Virus record (IMG/VR): IMGVR_UViG_2687453619_000001
Span: 11,484 to 75,483 of that record
Length of the DNA stretch: 64,000 bases
From: a virus
Taxonomy: Duplodnaviria > Caudoviricetes
Direction: 5' to 3' (one strand)
The notes under the pieces were generated by a model. That model made no database searches and was not told the origin of the DNA. It saw only the letters and a program-made list of their open reading frames with translations. The translations under genes and the position numbers were made by a program. Of this stretch, positions 55,307 through 64,000 are shown piece by piece; the first letter of the stretch is position 1; every line of letters begins with the position of its first letter.

Positions 55307-56728
55307 TCACATAGGCAACGATGGCGGTGAGGTGGAATCTAGAACGGGCCAGCCTTTTGTGCTGTAGTCAGTTATCTTCCCCTCATATTTTATTGCCAAT
55401 AGCGACAATTTGTTCAGAAGGGTGCAAGCTTTGTACACACTGTCAAGCAAGGTTTGAATCTCTTCAAGTGGCGCGTGCAAATTCCCGTGAGCCGAAGCAT
55501 TCCGTAGGCCTTTCCACGCTGTAATCTCTTCGGAAGTTATTTTTCCTTCTTCTTGTAACGCATAGAGTTTATCGATTGCACGACTGCTTTTCATGCCGCC
55601 AACGATGCTAAGCGCGCGGGTCCGGATTGTCTCGGTGGCCCCTGATGATTTGATTGCTGCAAAAAGTTTATCTACTTCAGCTAATGTCGCGGGAGGCGCA
55701 GCACCAAGATTCGGGAAAGTATCTTGCGTCAGGCCTTCAACTGTTACGCTCACCAGAAGCGCGATAGCGTCCAGCGAAACATTTTTCAGGCTATATAGTG
55801 GGTACAACTTAGACGAAATAGGTGAAAATTCTTCGCCTGCCGACGCAGCCAAGGTGTTTTTTAGGTAGGCGTTCAGGAGTTTATAGAAATCGTTGGCGTC
55901 ACCAGGGCGAGCGCCTAACGGTGGCGGAAATAGTCCGATTTCGGCGGGGGATGCTTTGGCGAATTCCATAATTCGGACGCCACCAGAGGTACTATCACTG
56001 ACTGAGAATGATTTTGGACTGGCGGTTAAGAAGCGAACAGTCTCGACAAGTTTGGATGGATAATTTTGTGGGAACTTGATGTCGGTCTTTGCCTTTACAA
56101 TGAGCTCACAAAACTGCTCAGGTGCATTCGCTTTGCTATAGACAATGACTGCACTTTCGATCTCTCCTTGGGATACCGAGCGGTCCGAGCGCGAACTGCT
56201 TTCGCTCGCGCTCTTAGTCTCAATGATTTTCATTGAGTTAAGCGGGAAATCGAGTTCGTCTAAAAACAACATCTGCACGTAATCTGTTGTGTTCGTCGTG
56301 GTCGACACGCATCGTATCCAATTGCATTCGATGGTAACAATGGCGCAGTTTTTGGAAGGGACTTCAGTCACTTCGACGACAGGGTTGCCCCATTCGTTTC
56401 CGTCGACATCAACAGCGGTAAGTGCGAAATAGTGGCTGGCGGATAAAATTTCGCCGGACTTTATCAGGCTCGCCGCGACTAATTTGTCCCAAGCAGATTG
56501 GACGGGCCTATCTGTGTCGAATATAACCAATCGAGAAGTAATCCCTTTCCGAAAATCTATCTCAATTGCGCCTGCACAACGCCAGATTCGAGGTGTATCC
56601 GTTCCATTCTGAACGAGCCTAATTTCCCGGCAATCCAATGTAAAACCCTCAGCTGCAGTGGCGCGAAGCTTATTGGTGTCAATATTGAGCGGTGGCATTT
56701 TGTCTCCAAGGATTTGTGCGTCGTCCAC
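55307..56728 (-). CDS. HEPN-motif protein (ApeA-like architecture)
   Basis: Beta-rich N-terminus; C-terminal helical region with VTVEGL and LRNASAHG (RxxxxH). Confidence 0.65.
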   Translation of the reverse strand: MDDAQILGDKMPPLNIDTNKLRATAAEGFTLDCREIRLVQNGTDTPRIWRCAGAIEIDFRKGITSRLVIFDTDRPVQSAWDKLVAASLIKSGEILSASHYFALTAVDVDGNEWGNPVVEVTEVPSKNCAIVTIECNWIRCVSTTTNTTDYVQMLFLDELDFPLNSMKIIETKSASESSSRSDRSVSQGEIESAVIVYSKANAPEQFCELIVKAKTDIKFPQNYPSKLVETVRFLTASPKSFSVSDSTSGGVRIMEFAKASPAEIGLFPPPLGARPGDANDFYKLLNAYLKNTLAASAGEEFSPISSKLYPLYSLKNVSLDAIALLVSVTVEGLTQDTFPNLGAAPPATLAEVDKLFAAIKSSGATETIRTRALSIVGGMKSSRAIDKLYALQEEGKITSEEITAWKGLRNASAHGNLHAPLEEIQTLLDSVYKACTLLNKLSLLAIKYEGKITDYSTKGWPVLDSTSPPSLPM

Positions 56729-56810
56729 AGTCTTTGGGAGGCCGTGGTGTGTATGGGGGACGGGAAAAGCGCAGCTGGTGTCGAATCATTCTGAAGATCG
56801 CAGCTAGAAA

Positions 56811-57230
56811 TTACATGAGTACTGGTGGACGTGAACGAGGGCGGGAAGCTTCGCCCCAATAGGTATTGCTAGCGCCCCCATCCCAAAAACATTCTTGGTA
56901 GCTACCATCTTCAATTTTTATTTTTGCACCGACAGAATATGTGCCGGTATCCCAACGGCAGTATCTTTCCATCATCGTTGGTTCGGTTTCCGTTGCCGCA
57001 TTGGCTCGATCATCGACTAGTACAAAACCGCCTACACTCAGAACAACGATTAGCGCGGCCATGCCAATGTGTTTGCGCTGCTGTGCGCGGTCGGAAGTCG
57101 GATTACATCGTACACATTCGGGGCTGTTGATTGTTGGTCGCCAATAGTAGGATGATGTGCTGTTTTCTGGCGTTAGCGATACCTGTCTGACTTTGCTATC
57201 TAGACCCGTATGAAAATCACCCATGATCAA
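56811..57230 (-). CDS. Single-TM protein with small Cys-containing exported domain
   Basis: TM IGMAALIVVLSVGGFVLV; CRWDTGTYSVGA..QEC; start uncertain. Confidence 0.55.
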   Translation of the reverse strand: MIMGDFHTGLDSKVRQVSLTPENSTSSYYWRPTINSPECVRCNPTSDRAQQRKHIGMAALIVVLSVGGFVLVDDRANAATETEPTMMERYCRWDTGTYSVGAKIKIEDGSYQECFWDGGASNTYWGEASRPRSRPPVLM

Positions 57231-57283
57231 TTGCCCAACTGCCAGCGAGATGGCCGTGTCTTTTCTGGTCCACCATTTGCGGC

Positions 57284-57805
57284 TTACTCCTCCAGAGGTT
57301 TCTTCTTCTTTTTTTTATCGCCAACATTGAACGTCATCGGCGCGGCATAGTTTTGAGTACCATGATTGACAGTGGCGTTACCCGATATTTTGGTTTTTCC
57401 ACCTTGAATGACTTGGGCGTTTGCTCCAGTAATGGTGTTTGCAAATGATGACGGTTTCTCAGTTTTTTGTTTTGCGGGAGGCGGTGCAAGACCTTCTGCC
57501 ATACCGAGCATGCCCGCTTTTCCCCGAATGTCTAAAGTGCGATATGTCGTTACCAGCTCCTCCTCATCCGGCGTCAAAGCATGGGCTGAGCGCTTTCCTG
57601 TCAGTACGTATTGAACATCGCCACCTATCGCAGCAAAGGCGACCAGCACATCGCCGCCAGGCACTGCCTGCCCACGTTCATACCTGCCCGACATCTCTAC
57701 ATGTACGCCGACTTGTTCGGCCATTTTGTGCTGAGTAAATCCCATTCGCTTGCGCTCCTCACGCATGCGCTCCCCGCAAAACTCATTAAATGTTGCATTA
57801 TTCAT
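57284..57805 (-). CDS. Immunity repressor (XRE HTH)
   Basis: RMREERKRMGFTQ..YERGQAVP, DVQYVLTG. Confidence 0.9.
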   Translation of the reverse strand: MNNATFNEFCGERMREERKRMGFTQHKMAEQVGVHVEMSGRYERGQAVPGGDVLVAFAAIGGDVQYVLTGKRSAHALTPDEEELVTTYRTLDIRGKAGMLGMAEGLAPPPAKQKTEKPSSFANTITGANAQVIQGGKTKISGNATVNHGTQNYAAPMTFNVGDKKKKKKPLEE

Positions 57806-57833
57806 TGTTTTTAAAACTTTAAAGTAGTATAGT
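57805..57833 (+). promoter_or_regulatory. Early promoter with palindrome in spacer
   Basis: TTGTTT-N17-TATAGT; ACTTTAAAGT at 57816-57825. Confidence 0.55.
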
Positions 57834-57867
57834 TGCGTTATCCCTAACGACTACAAATCATACCATT

Positions 57868-58068
57868 ATGAAAAAACCAGGCGTAATTCGACGCGCTCCT
57901 AAATATGTTCTTGCTGATGCCATCGCAGTCCGTTTGGCCCCAGAGGAGCAGGCCATTGTGGAGGAATGTGCTTATGAAGGGGCAGAATCCCGTGCCGCAT
58001 TTCTCCGTCGCATGATCATGCTTGGCGTGAAGCAGCACAAGCGCAATCTCTCCAAAACAAAATCCTAA
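57868..58068 (+). CDS. Small regulator, probable ribbon-helix-helix
   Basis: Identical protein to 13137-13337 with synonymous changes. Confidence 0.65.
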   Translation: MKKPGVIRRAPKYVLADAIAVRLAPEEQAIVEECAYEGAESRAAFLRRMIMLGVKQHKRNLSKTKS

Positions 58069-58147
58069 CCAGCAAGGACATCGCCATGGACCAATTACAG
58101 TCTACGTTTGTTGCTTCCCATCAGCACACAGTTCTTATTGCGGAGCA

Positions 58148-58432
58148 ATGATGAAGCGCCCAATGCAAATTGAACAAGCCTTGCGCAGTGCGCTGACTGG
58201 CCCCGGCCGTCAGGACGTACAGCACAAGGTCGGCTGGGATGACTCCCAGGTCAGCCGTTTCCTCAATGGTGGGCAGGGCATCGTCATCGACAAGATCGAC
58301 CTGCTGGTGGCCGCCGTGGGCTTTGTCATGGTCACTTGCAAATACCTCGATGCTGTTTCCACTTTAGGCGAGGTCGGCATGCATTGCGAGTGCGCCCGAC
58401 AAGGCCAGGGCGAATGCTCTCGCCGCATCTAA
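58148..58432 (+). CDS. CII-like HTH regulator
   Basis: Identical protein to 13417-13701. Confidence 0.6.
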   Translation: MMKRPMQIEQALRSALTGPGRQDVQHKVGWDDSQVSRFLNGGQGIVIDKIDLLVAAVGFVMVTCKYLDAVSTLGEVGMHCECARQGQGECSRRI

Positions 58433-58510
58433 TCGTATTACCGTTGTTTGCAGTTGTTTCAAACCGGCGTCAGGGGCCGATTGATGTATCAGGTAAAGAG
58501 ATCGTCGAAA

Positions 58511-58771
58511 ATGAGAAATATTGGAATGTGCTGTCCCTTTTGTTCTACCTCGCCACGCGCTGTTAAAAGCCGTGTGCTGTCGTCGCTGATGAAAGAGATT
58601 ACCTATCAATGCCAAAACCCGTATTGCGGCTATGCCTTTGTCGCCAGGCTGGAGATCGCTCGGACACTGTCCGTTTCTTCTATCGTCAAGCCCGAGATCC
58701 GGGTTCCGCTATCGCAGCATATTAACTGGTCGGCTCTGCAGCAGATGAGCCTGAATTTAATGCCTGCCTGA
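58511..58771 (+). CDS. ogr: Ogr/Delta family late activator
   Basis: CPFC...YQCQNPYCGYAF. Confidence 0.9.
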   Translation: MRNIGMCCPFCSTSPRAVKSRVLSSLMKEITYQCQNPYCGYAFVARLEIARTLSVSSIVKPEIRVPLSQHINWSALQQMSLNLMPA

Positions 58772-58903
58772 GACATGCCAATGACCCACCACCGCGTCCT
58801 GGCGCCGCCGTAATCCCGGCCTAAGTCGCTTTCTCCCTGTTGTCTTTTGTCATGCCTGTTACCAGGCATGCCGGATTCGCTCATTCTGAAATAAGGAAAA
58901 CAC

Positions 58904-59098
58904 ATGCAACCCTATGTCGCTAAACAGATGGTGTATTCATTCCCCCGCTTGCCATGCCAGCGCTTGACGCGCATGCAGCGACTGCGGCGCTATGCCGCTA
59001 TCAAGAAGGTCTGGGAGATATTCAGCTCTGGCCTGCTCTGCGGCTTCGTCCTGGCTGCGCCGTCGCTGGCCGTGGCGCTCTCCTGGGTAAAGGACTGA
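58904..59098 (+). CDS. Hypothetical small membrane protein
   Basis: Near-identical to 14172-14366. Confidence 0.6.
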   Translation: MQPYVAKQMVYSFPRLPCQRLTRMQRLRRYAAIKKVWEIFSSGLLCGFVLAAPSLAVALSWVKD

Positions 59099-59101
59099 GC
59101 C

Positions 59102-59284
59102 ATGTCCACGCACACCGATTTATTAGCACTCACTAATCAACAAATTTTTGCACTTGGATTTCATTCAATGATTCGTGAATACGTCATCTGCTGGAATCTG
59201 GGACTTGTTCGGGCGTCGATCGCTCTTGATCCGGTTATCGCAGCTCGCCTGCACTCTTTGGGCGGCATGGCGGGGGAATGGTGA
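59102..59284 (+). CDS. Hypothetical 60-aa protein
   Basis: Same slot as 14370-14516; shares only C-terminal GGMAGEW. Confidence 0.5.
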   Translation: MSTHTDLLALTNQQIFALGFHSMIREYVICWNLGLVRASIALDPVIAARLHSLGGMAGEW

Positions 59285-59577
59285 TGACCATGCCCAATGT
59301 CAGTTTAGAGCAGTTGCAGCGCGTCCACCACGCCTTGCGCATCACCATTCCGCTCCACGAAGTGTCGCCGTTGATGCTGACGACCTTGACCACCATAGCG
59401 CACTGCTGGCGCGACCGGATCCCGGCGCATCTGTGGCGGGATCCCGCCGAAGAGGCGCGGGGCAGCATGAGCGAACGGGAATTCCAGCGACTTTATACCT
59501 GCAGCTTTGCTGCCGCACCAAATACCAAGCACCAACCGATTGACCTCAAACGCCGCGCCGCGGCTGATTACGAATAA
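59284..59577 (+). CDS. Hypothetical phage protein
   Basis: Near-identical to 14516-14809. Confidence 0.65.
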   Translation: MTMPNVSLEQLQRVHHALRITIPLHEVSPLMLTTLTTIAHCWRDRIPAHLWRDPAEEARGSMSEREFQRLYTCSFAAAPNTKHQPIDLKRRAAADYE

Positions 59578-59581
59578 CACG

Positions 59582-62254
59582 ATGAACCCATCTTTACACG
59601 CCGACATCCTGAGCCGCCTGTCCGAATTCAATTTCAAACAAGAGAAAGAGGGCTATCTGCGCGGGGGCACCTGCCCAGGGTGTCAGAAAAAAGAGCTGTA
59701 CACCCACGCGAACAATCCGTGGGTGGTGCGATGCGGCCGCCTAAATAAATGCGGCTACGAGGGCCACGTCAAGGAACTGTATCCGGATCTGTTTGACGAC
59801 TGGAGCAAGCGCTACCAGACGCCGGAAGCGACCAACCCGCAAGCCGCTGCCGACGCCTACATGCAGCACGGGCGCGGTTTTACTATATCCCGCGTACAGG
59901 GGTTGTACAAGCAGGAAAGCTATTTCGACAAGGATCTCAATATCGGTAGCGCCACGGTGCGTTTTGCGGTCGCTGACGGCTATTGGGAGCGCCTGATCGA
60001 CAAGCCGCACCGCTTCGGCAAGAAGAAGGCGCGGTTTAGCTTCGGATCGCACTATCAAGGCAAATTCTGGTCGCATCCGGCACACAGCCTGCAGGCGGTC
60101 GAGGAGATCTGGATCGTGGAAGGCATTTTTGATGCCATCGCCCTGGAGCATCACGGCATCGCGGCCGTATCGATCATGAGCTGCAACAATTACCCGCTGC
60201 AGTCGCTGCAGGATCTGCGCGACGCCCGTGGCAATCAGGATTGCCGCCTGGTGTGGGCGCTGGATGGCGATCACGCCGGCCGCAGCTTTACGCACAAGCA
60301 CATCGAGCGGGCCAGGGCGGCCGGCTGGGAGTGCGCCGCCGCGCAGATCCCGCAGAACGGTAAGCTCAAACTGGACTGGAACGATCTGCACCAGCGCGAC
60401 AAGCTGACCGAGGCCGATATCGAGAACTACCGCTATCACGGCTCCATCCTGATCGCCGAGCGGGCCAGCGACAAGGCGCTGCTGATCTACGGCAAGGAAG
60501 GCAAGACCGAATTCGACTTCGCTTTCCGTAACCGGCTGTACTGGTTCAATCTTGACCTGGTCGCCTATAACAAGGAAATGGACCAGCTCGACAGCGACGG
60601 CTCGACTTCCATCCTGTCGGAAGCCGGCAAGCGGGAAAAGGCGCTCAATGCCTCCCATACGATACGCCCGATTGCCAACTGCAACCCGGTGGCGCTGTAC
60701 TACCAGAAAAACGACATGACGGACGAAGCCTGGTATTACTTCCGGGTGGATTTTCCGCATGACGGCGCCTCGATCAAGAACACCTTCACCAGCTCGCAGA
60801 TCTCCAGTTCGGCCGAATTCAAGAAGCGCCTGCTGGGTATCGCTCCTGGTGCAATGTTCAGTGGCACCAGCGCCATGCTGGACCGCATCATGGAGCGCGA
60901 CCTGTTCCATATCAAACGGGTCGAAACCATCGACTTTATCGGTTACAGCAAGGAATACGGCTGCTATGTCCTGGACAACGTCGCCATCAAGGACGGGACG
61001 CTGCATGATGTCAACGGCGAGGATTTTTACGACCTGGGGCAACTTGCCGTGAAATCGCTGAACCGGTCGGTGTCGCTAACCATCAACCGGGATCCGGACG
61101 GCTACACTACCGAGTGGGTCAATCTGCTGTGGAAAGCCTTTGGCCCGAAGGGCATGGTCGCTCTGACATTCTGGTTCGGATCCCTGTTCGCAGAGCAGAT
61201 CCGGGCTGCACAAAGCTCCTATCCGTTCCTGGAGGTGGTCGGCAAGGCCGGCGCCGGCAAGTCCACGCTGATCGAGTTTCTGTGGAAGTTGTTCGGCCGC
61301 GCCGGCTACGAGGGTTTCGATCCGAGCAAATCCAGCCTGGCCGCCCGCGCCCGTAACTTCTCCCAGGTATCCGGTTTGCCGGTGGTGCTGATCGAGTCCG
61401 ACCGGGAGCGCATGGACGGTGACAAGAGTCATGTGAAGTCATTCGATTGGGATGAGCTGAAAACCGCCTACAACGGCCGCTCAACACGTGCACGGGGCAT
61501 GAATACCGGCGGCAATGAAACCTACGAGCCGCCGTTCCGTGGCGCCATCGTGATTTCGCAGAATAACCCGGTCAACGCCTCCGAGGCGATTCTGTCACGG
61601 ATCGTCCACCTGTATTTCGATCTGACGACACAGACGCCGGAATCCGGTGAGGCCGCCGACGCCCTGAAGTTCATGCCGGCCGAGAAAGTGTCCGGATTTA
61701 TCCTGGCCGCGACCAAACGCGAGAAGAAGATCATGGAAACCGTGGCCGAGCGCACGGCGGTCTATTTGAAAGAACTGCGCATGCGGCCGGAAATCAAGAT
61801 GCCGCGCCTGGTGGAAACTCACGCACAGATGCTGGCGCTGACGGACGCTCTGGGCCTGGTCATCAAGCTGACGCCTGAGCAGCAGAAGGCCATGCGTGAA
61901 CAGATCATCACCATGGCCGGCGAACGCCAGCAGGTGATCAATGACGATCACACCCTGGTGCAGGAGTTCTGGGAGGCGTTTGACTACCTGGACAGCAACG
62001 ACATGCACCGCCTGAACCATTCCCGCGACCCGCAGCTGATCGCCGTCAATCTGAACCACTTTGTGCAGATCGCCGCCGAACGCCGCCAGCAGATCCCGGT
62101 GATCGGTGATCTCAAGAAGGTACTTCGCACCAGCCGCCGGCGCAAGTTCCTCGACGTGCGTGTGGTCAACAGCCAGATCCGCGCCCGAGACAACGCTCTG
62201 GGCAGCACGGCGATGAAGTGCTGGGTGTTCCAAAACGATAAACCGACCAACTAA
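59582..62254 (+). CDS. Zinc-finger/TOPRIM primase-helicase
   Basis: Near-identical to 14814-17492. Confidence 0.92.
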   Translation: MNPSLHADILSRLSEFNFKQEKEGYLRGGTCPGCQKKELYTHANNPWVVRCGRLNKCGYEGHVKELYPDLFDDWSKRYQTPEATNPQAAADAYMQHGRGFTISRVQGLYKQESYFDKDLNIGSATVRFAVADGYWERLIDKPHRFGKKKARFSFGSHYQGKFWSHPAHSLQAVEEIWIVEGIFDAIALEHHGIAAVSIMSCNNYPLQSLQDLRDARGNQDCRLVWALDGDHAGRSFTHKHIERARAAGWECAAAQIPQNGKLKLDWNDLHQRDKLTEADIENYRYHGSILIAERASDKALLIYGKEGKTEFDFAFRNRLYWFNLDLVAYNKEMDQLDSDGSTSILSEAGKREKALNASHTIRPIANCNPVALYYQKNDMTDEAWYYFRVDFPHDGASIKNTFTSSQISSSAEFKKRLLGIAPGAMFSGTSAMLDRIMERDLFHIKRVETIDFIGYSKEYGCYVLDNVAIKDGTLHDVNGEDFYDLGQLAVKSLNRSVSLTINRDPDGYTTEWVNLLWKAFGPKGMVALTFWFGSLFAEQIRAAQSSYPFLEVVGKAGAGKSTLIEFLWKLFGRAGYEGFDPSKSSLAARARNFSQVSGLPVVLIESDRERMDGDKSHVKSFDWDELKTAYNGRSTRARGMNTGGNETYEPPFRGAIVISQNNPVNASEAILSRIVHLYFDLTTQTPESGEAADALKFMPAEKVSGFILAATKREKKIMETVAERTAVYLKELRMRPEIKMPRLVETHAQMLALTDALGLVIKLTPEQQKAMREQIITMAGERQQVINDDHTLVQEFWEAFDYLDSNDMHRLNHSRDPQLIAVNLNHFVQIAAERRQQIPVIGDLKKVLRTSRRRKFLDVRVVNSQIRARDNALGSTAMKCWVFQNDKPTN

Positions 62255-62273
62255 CCAAAGGAAAATTTCTGAC

Positions 62274-62462
62274 ATGAAAATTCTGTTTTTAACCTGCTTG
62301 TACACAATGATGATTTTTTCTGTCTATGGCATATCGGTATGCGCAAAATCGTTGCTCTCGAAATTTTTGATTCGATTAAGTACGTTAGATAGCTGGATCG
62401 TTGGCGCTCTTGCTGTTCTGGGTCTGATCGTCGGCGTCTATTGCGGGGTGTCCCGTGATTAA
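62274..62462 (+). CDS. Small membrane protein
   Basis: Two hydrophobic segments; prophage-2 specific. Confidence 0.45.
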   Translation: MKILFLTCLYTMMIFSVYGISVCAKSLLSKFLIRLSTLDSWIVGALAVLGLIVGVYCGVSRD

Positions 62463-62667
62463 GAGTACTGTTGTCGGCGTTATTTCGGTTGGTGACCGAG
62501 TGCAATTTGAGAATGATCATGGGCCGCAAGCCGGCAAGGTGATTGGGATTCAACGAAATATCGCCAATGCCCAGCCGTTTGCAATTGTAGAGATTGACGA
62601 TATATTGCCCGGAATTCTGGTCTCAGTCGCTACAACCGAACTTGAGTTAATAGGGGCGACTGCATGA
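62455..62667 (+). CDS. Hypothetical protein (SH3-like pattern)
   Basis: VGDRVQF..GKVIGI; overlap-coupled to both neighbours. Confidence 0.5.
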   Translation: MIKSTVVGVISVGDRVQFENDHGPQAGKVIGIQRNIANAQPFAIVEIDDILPGILVSVATTELELIGATA

Positions 62668-62987
62668 ACAATGAAAATTCACTGCTTATTCAGTATATGG
62701 AGCGTTTGACTGTTGCGCTTGAGACAAAGGACGTACCTAAATTATGGAGTCAAGAACAAATCGCCAACTGGTTGGGATTATCTGAAAGTACGGTTGCTAA
62801 CCGTGTAGTGTCGCGTCCCAACTTCCCCTCGCCAACATTGCCGACTGGCGCTGGTGAGGGAAAGAAGCGATGGTTCGCGGACGAGGTCATTGATTGGGCC
62901 AGATGTAATCGGGGAGTGCTTCCAAAATCACGATCTAAACGCGATCAATCAAGTCGCGATGCAATATCTGTCGCTGTAGCGTTGTAA
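62664..62987 (+). CDS. Excisionase/AlpA-like HTH protein
   Basis: LWSQEQIANWLGLS..FPSP..RWFADEVIDW. Confidence 0.75.
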   Translation: MNNENSLLIQYMERLTVALETKDVPKLWSQEQIANWLGLSESTVANRVVSRPNFPSPTLPTGAGEGKKRWFADEVIDWARCNRGVLPKSRSKRDQSSRDAISVAVAL

Positions 62988-63661
62988 TAAATCATTAGGC
63001 TCTTGGGATCCCGATGCCCGATCATTCGAGCGAGGTCAAGCACGTCAAGTTTGCGGGCCAAACGTGTAATCGCCTCGTGTCGGGTATCGTGAAATTTAAG
63101 CGTTTTTATTGATGGAAGGGCAGACGATGCCCTTCGCCTAGCGCGACGAAACAAGGTATCTCTTGTACTGTTCGAAAATCCAAAGCAAAGATCGCCATCT
63201 CGGGGTAGTGTTTCCAATAGCATCTTTGCCCGGCTCGACAATGGTACGTTTCTAGGATCCCCATTCTTGGTGATATCCAAGCGCACGTAACGTCGATCCA
63301 AAAAGACGTTGTCCCAAGTTAAGCGGCAAATCTCACCAGCACGCATCGCCGTTTCTATTGCAAAAAGAAATGCAGTTCCGATGCGCGGAGTAATGGTCTT
63401 GGGTTCTTCTCCCTCGCGATAGTTCAGCTCATTCAATATTGCTTCTATCTCTTCTCCAGCAATTAGACGATCTCTCGGCCTTGGATTCTTGGGGCGTTTG
63501 GTTTCTCGGACAGGATTGATATTGCAGTATTTCCACTCCCTTCGTGATTCTTCGAAGACGGCAGACAAGAAATTCAAATCCCGATTGACCGTGCTATTAG
63601 CGACTCTCTTTAGCTCATTGTCGCGCCATTTCTTGATGTGATCGGACGTGATCGTGTCCAT
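62945..63661 (-). pseudogene. int: Tyrosine integrase, 5' part cut off by IS3-family element
   Basis: TAMRAGEI, FHDTRH, GHRD..LMIYY present; N-terminal domain missing at the IS boundary. Confidence 0.85.
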
Positions 63662-64000
63662 AGGTAATCCCCCCACAAAAAAGCATCAGTTAAAAGTAGA
63701 ATTTTCTTAAATGCGATTTTGAGGAAGTTTTACATGAAGACATCACGCTTTACCGAAAGTCAGATCATCAACATCTTGAAGCAGGCCGAGGCCGGCACGC
63801 CAGTGCCGGAGCTTTGTCGTGAGCATGGGATGAGTTCAGCCTCGTTCTACAAGTGGCGGAGCAAATACGGTGGCATGGACGCGTCGATGATGACGCGGAT
63901 GAAAGAGTTGGAAGATGAGAACCGTCGGCTCAAGAAGATGTACGCCGAAGAGAAGCTCAAGGCCGAGATCATTTCGGAGGCGATGCAAAAAAAGTGGTGA
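63662..64000 (+). mobile_element. IS3-family (IS407-like) element, left part; boundary approximate
   Basis: orfA plus A7G frameshift motif at 63987-63994. Confidence 0.85.
63734..64000 (+). CDS. IS3-family transposase OrfA
   Basis: RFTESQII.ILK, LCREHG.S..SFYKWRSKYGG, LEDENRRLKK. Confidence 0.93.
   Translation: MKTSRFTESQIINILKQAEAGTPVPELCREHGMSSASFYKWRSKYGGMDASMMTRMKELEDENRRLKKMYAEEKLKAEIISEAMQKKW

Larger units (their letters stand above)
20381..64000. mobile_element. P2-like prophage 2 (near complete; integrase interrupted)
   Basis: cos, Q-P / O-N-M-L-X-lysis-R-S, V..D, repressor, ogr, primase, xis, int. Confidence 0.95.

Noticed and set aside
1-64000. Whole duplication as a pure assembly artefact
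   Set aside because: Copies differ by many synonymous changes and by distinct repressors, integrases, MTases and cargo, consistent with two real phages; local collapse remains possible.

Overview
The window holds two closely related, same-orientation P2-like (Peduovirus-type) prophages in tandem, joined at a single full-length tRNA-Arg(CCT) gene (20306-20380). The host is probably a ~60% GC betaproteobacterium (inference). Prophage 1 (<1-20305) is seen from com/methyltransferase through baseplate, tail, immunity, primase-helicase and an intact integrase. Prophage 2 (20381->63.7 kb) is essentially complete: iteron origin, two cos-like sites, cargo, head, lysis, tail, immunity and replication genes. 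Its integrase is cut by an IS3-family element, and an IS1182-family element sits in one of its terminators. The two copies are near-identical in structural and replication genes but differ in repressor/operator, methyltransferase, integrase and cargo. Top leads: (1) a low-GC five-gene GNAT-PUA / ASCH / GNAT + 2TM protein + NMP-kinase island in the P2 defence hotspot that I cannot match to a named system; (2) a C5 methyltransferase whose motif IX is encoded in a second, fully overlapping reading frame, behind a Mu-like Com gene and Com site; (3) a PAAR-amidase-immunity cassette bracketed by two cos sites; (4) a dyad-symmetric GGTAAC iteron origin; (5) a covarying structured RNA upstream of gene V. 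All family calls are by-eye motif recognition; no searches were run.
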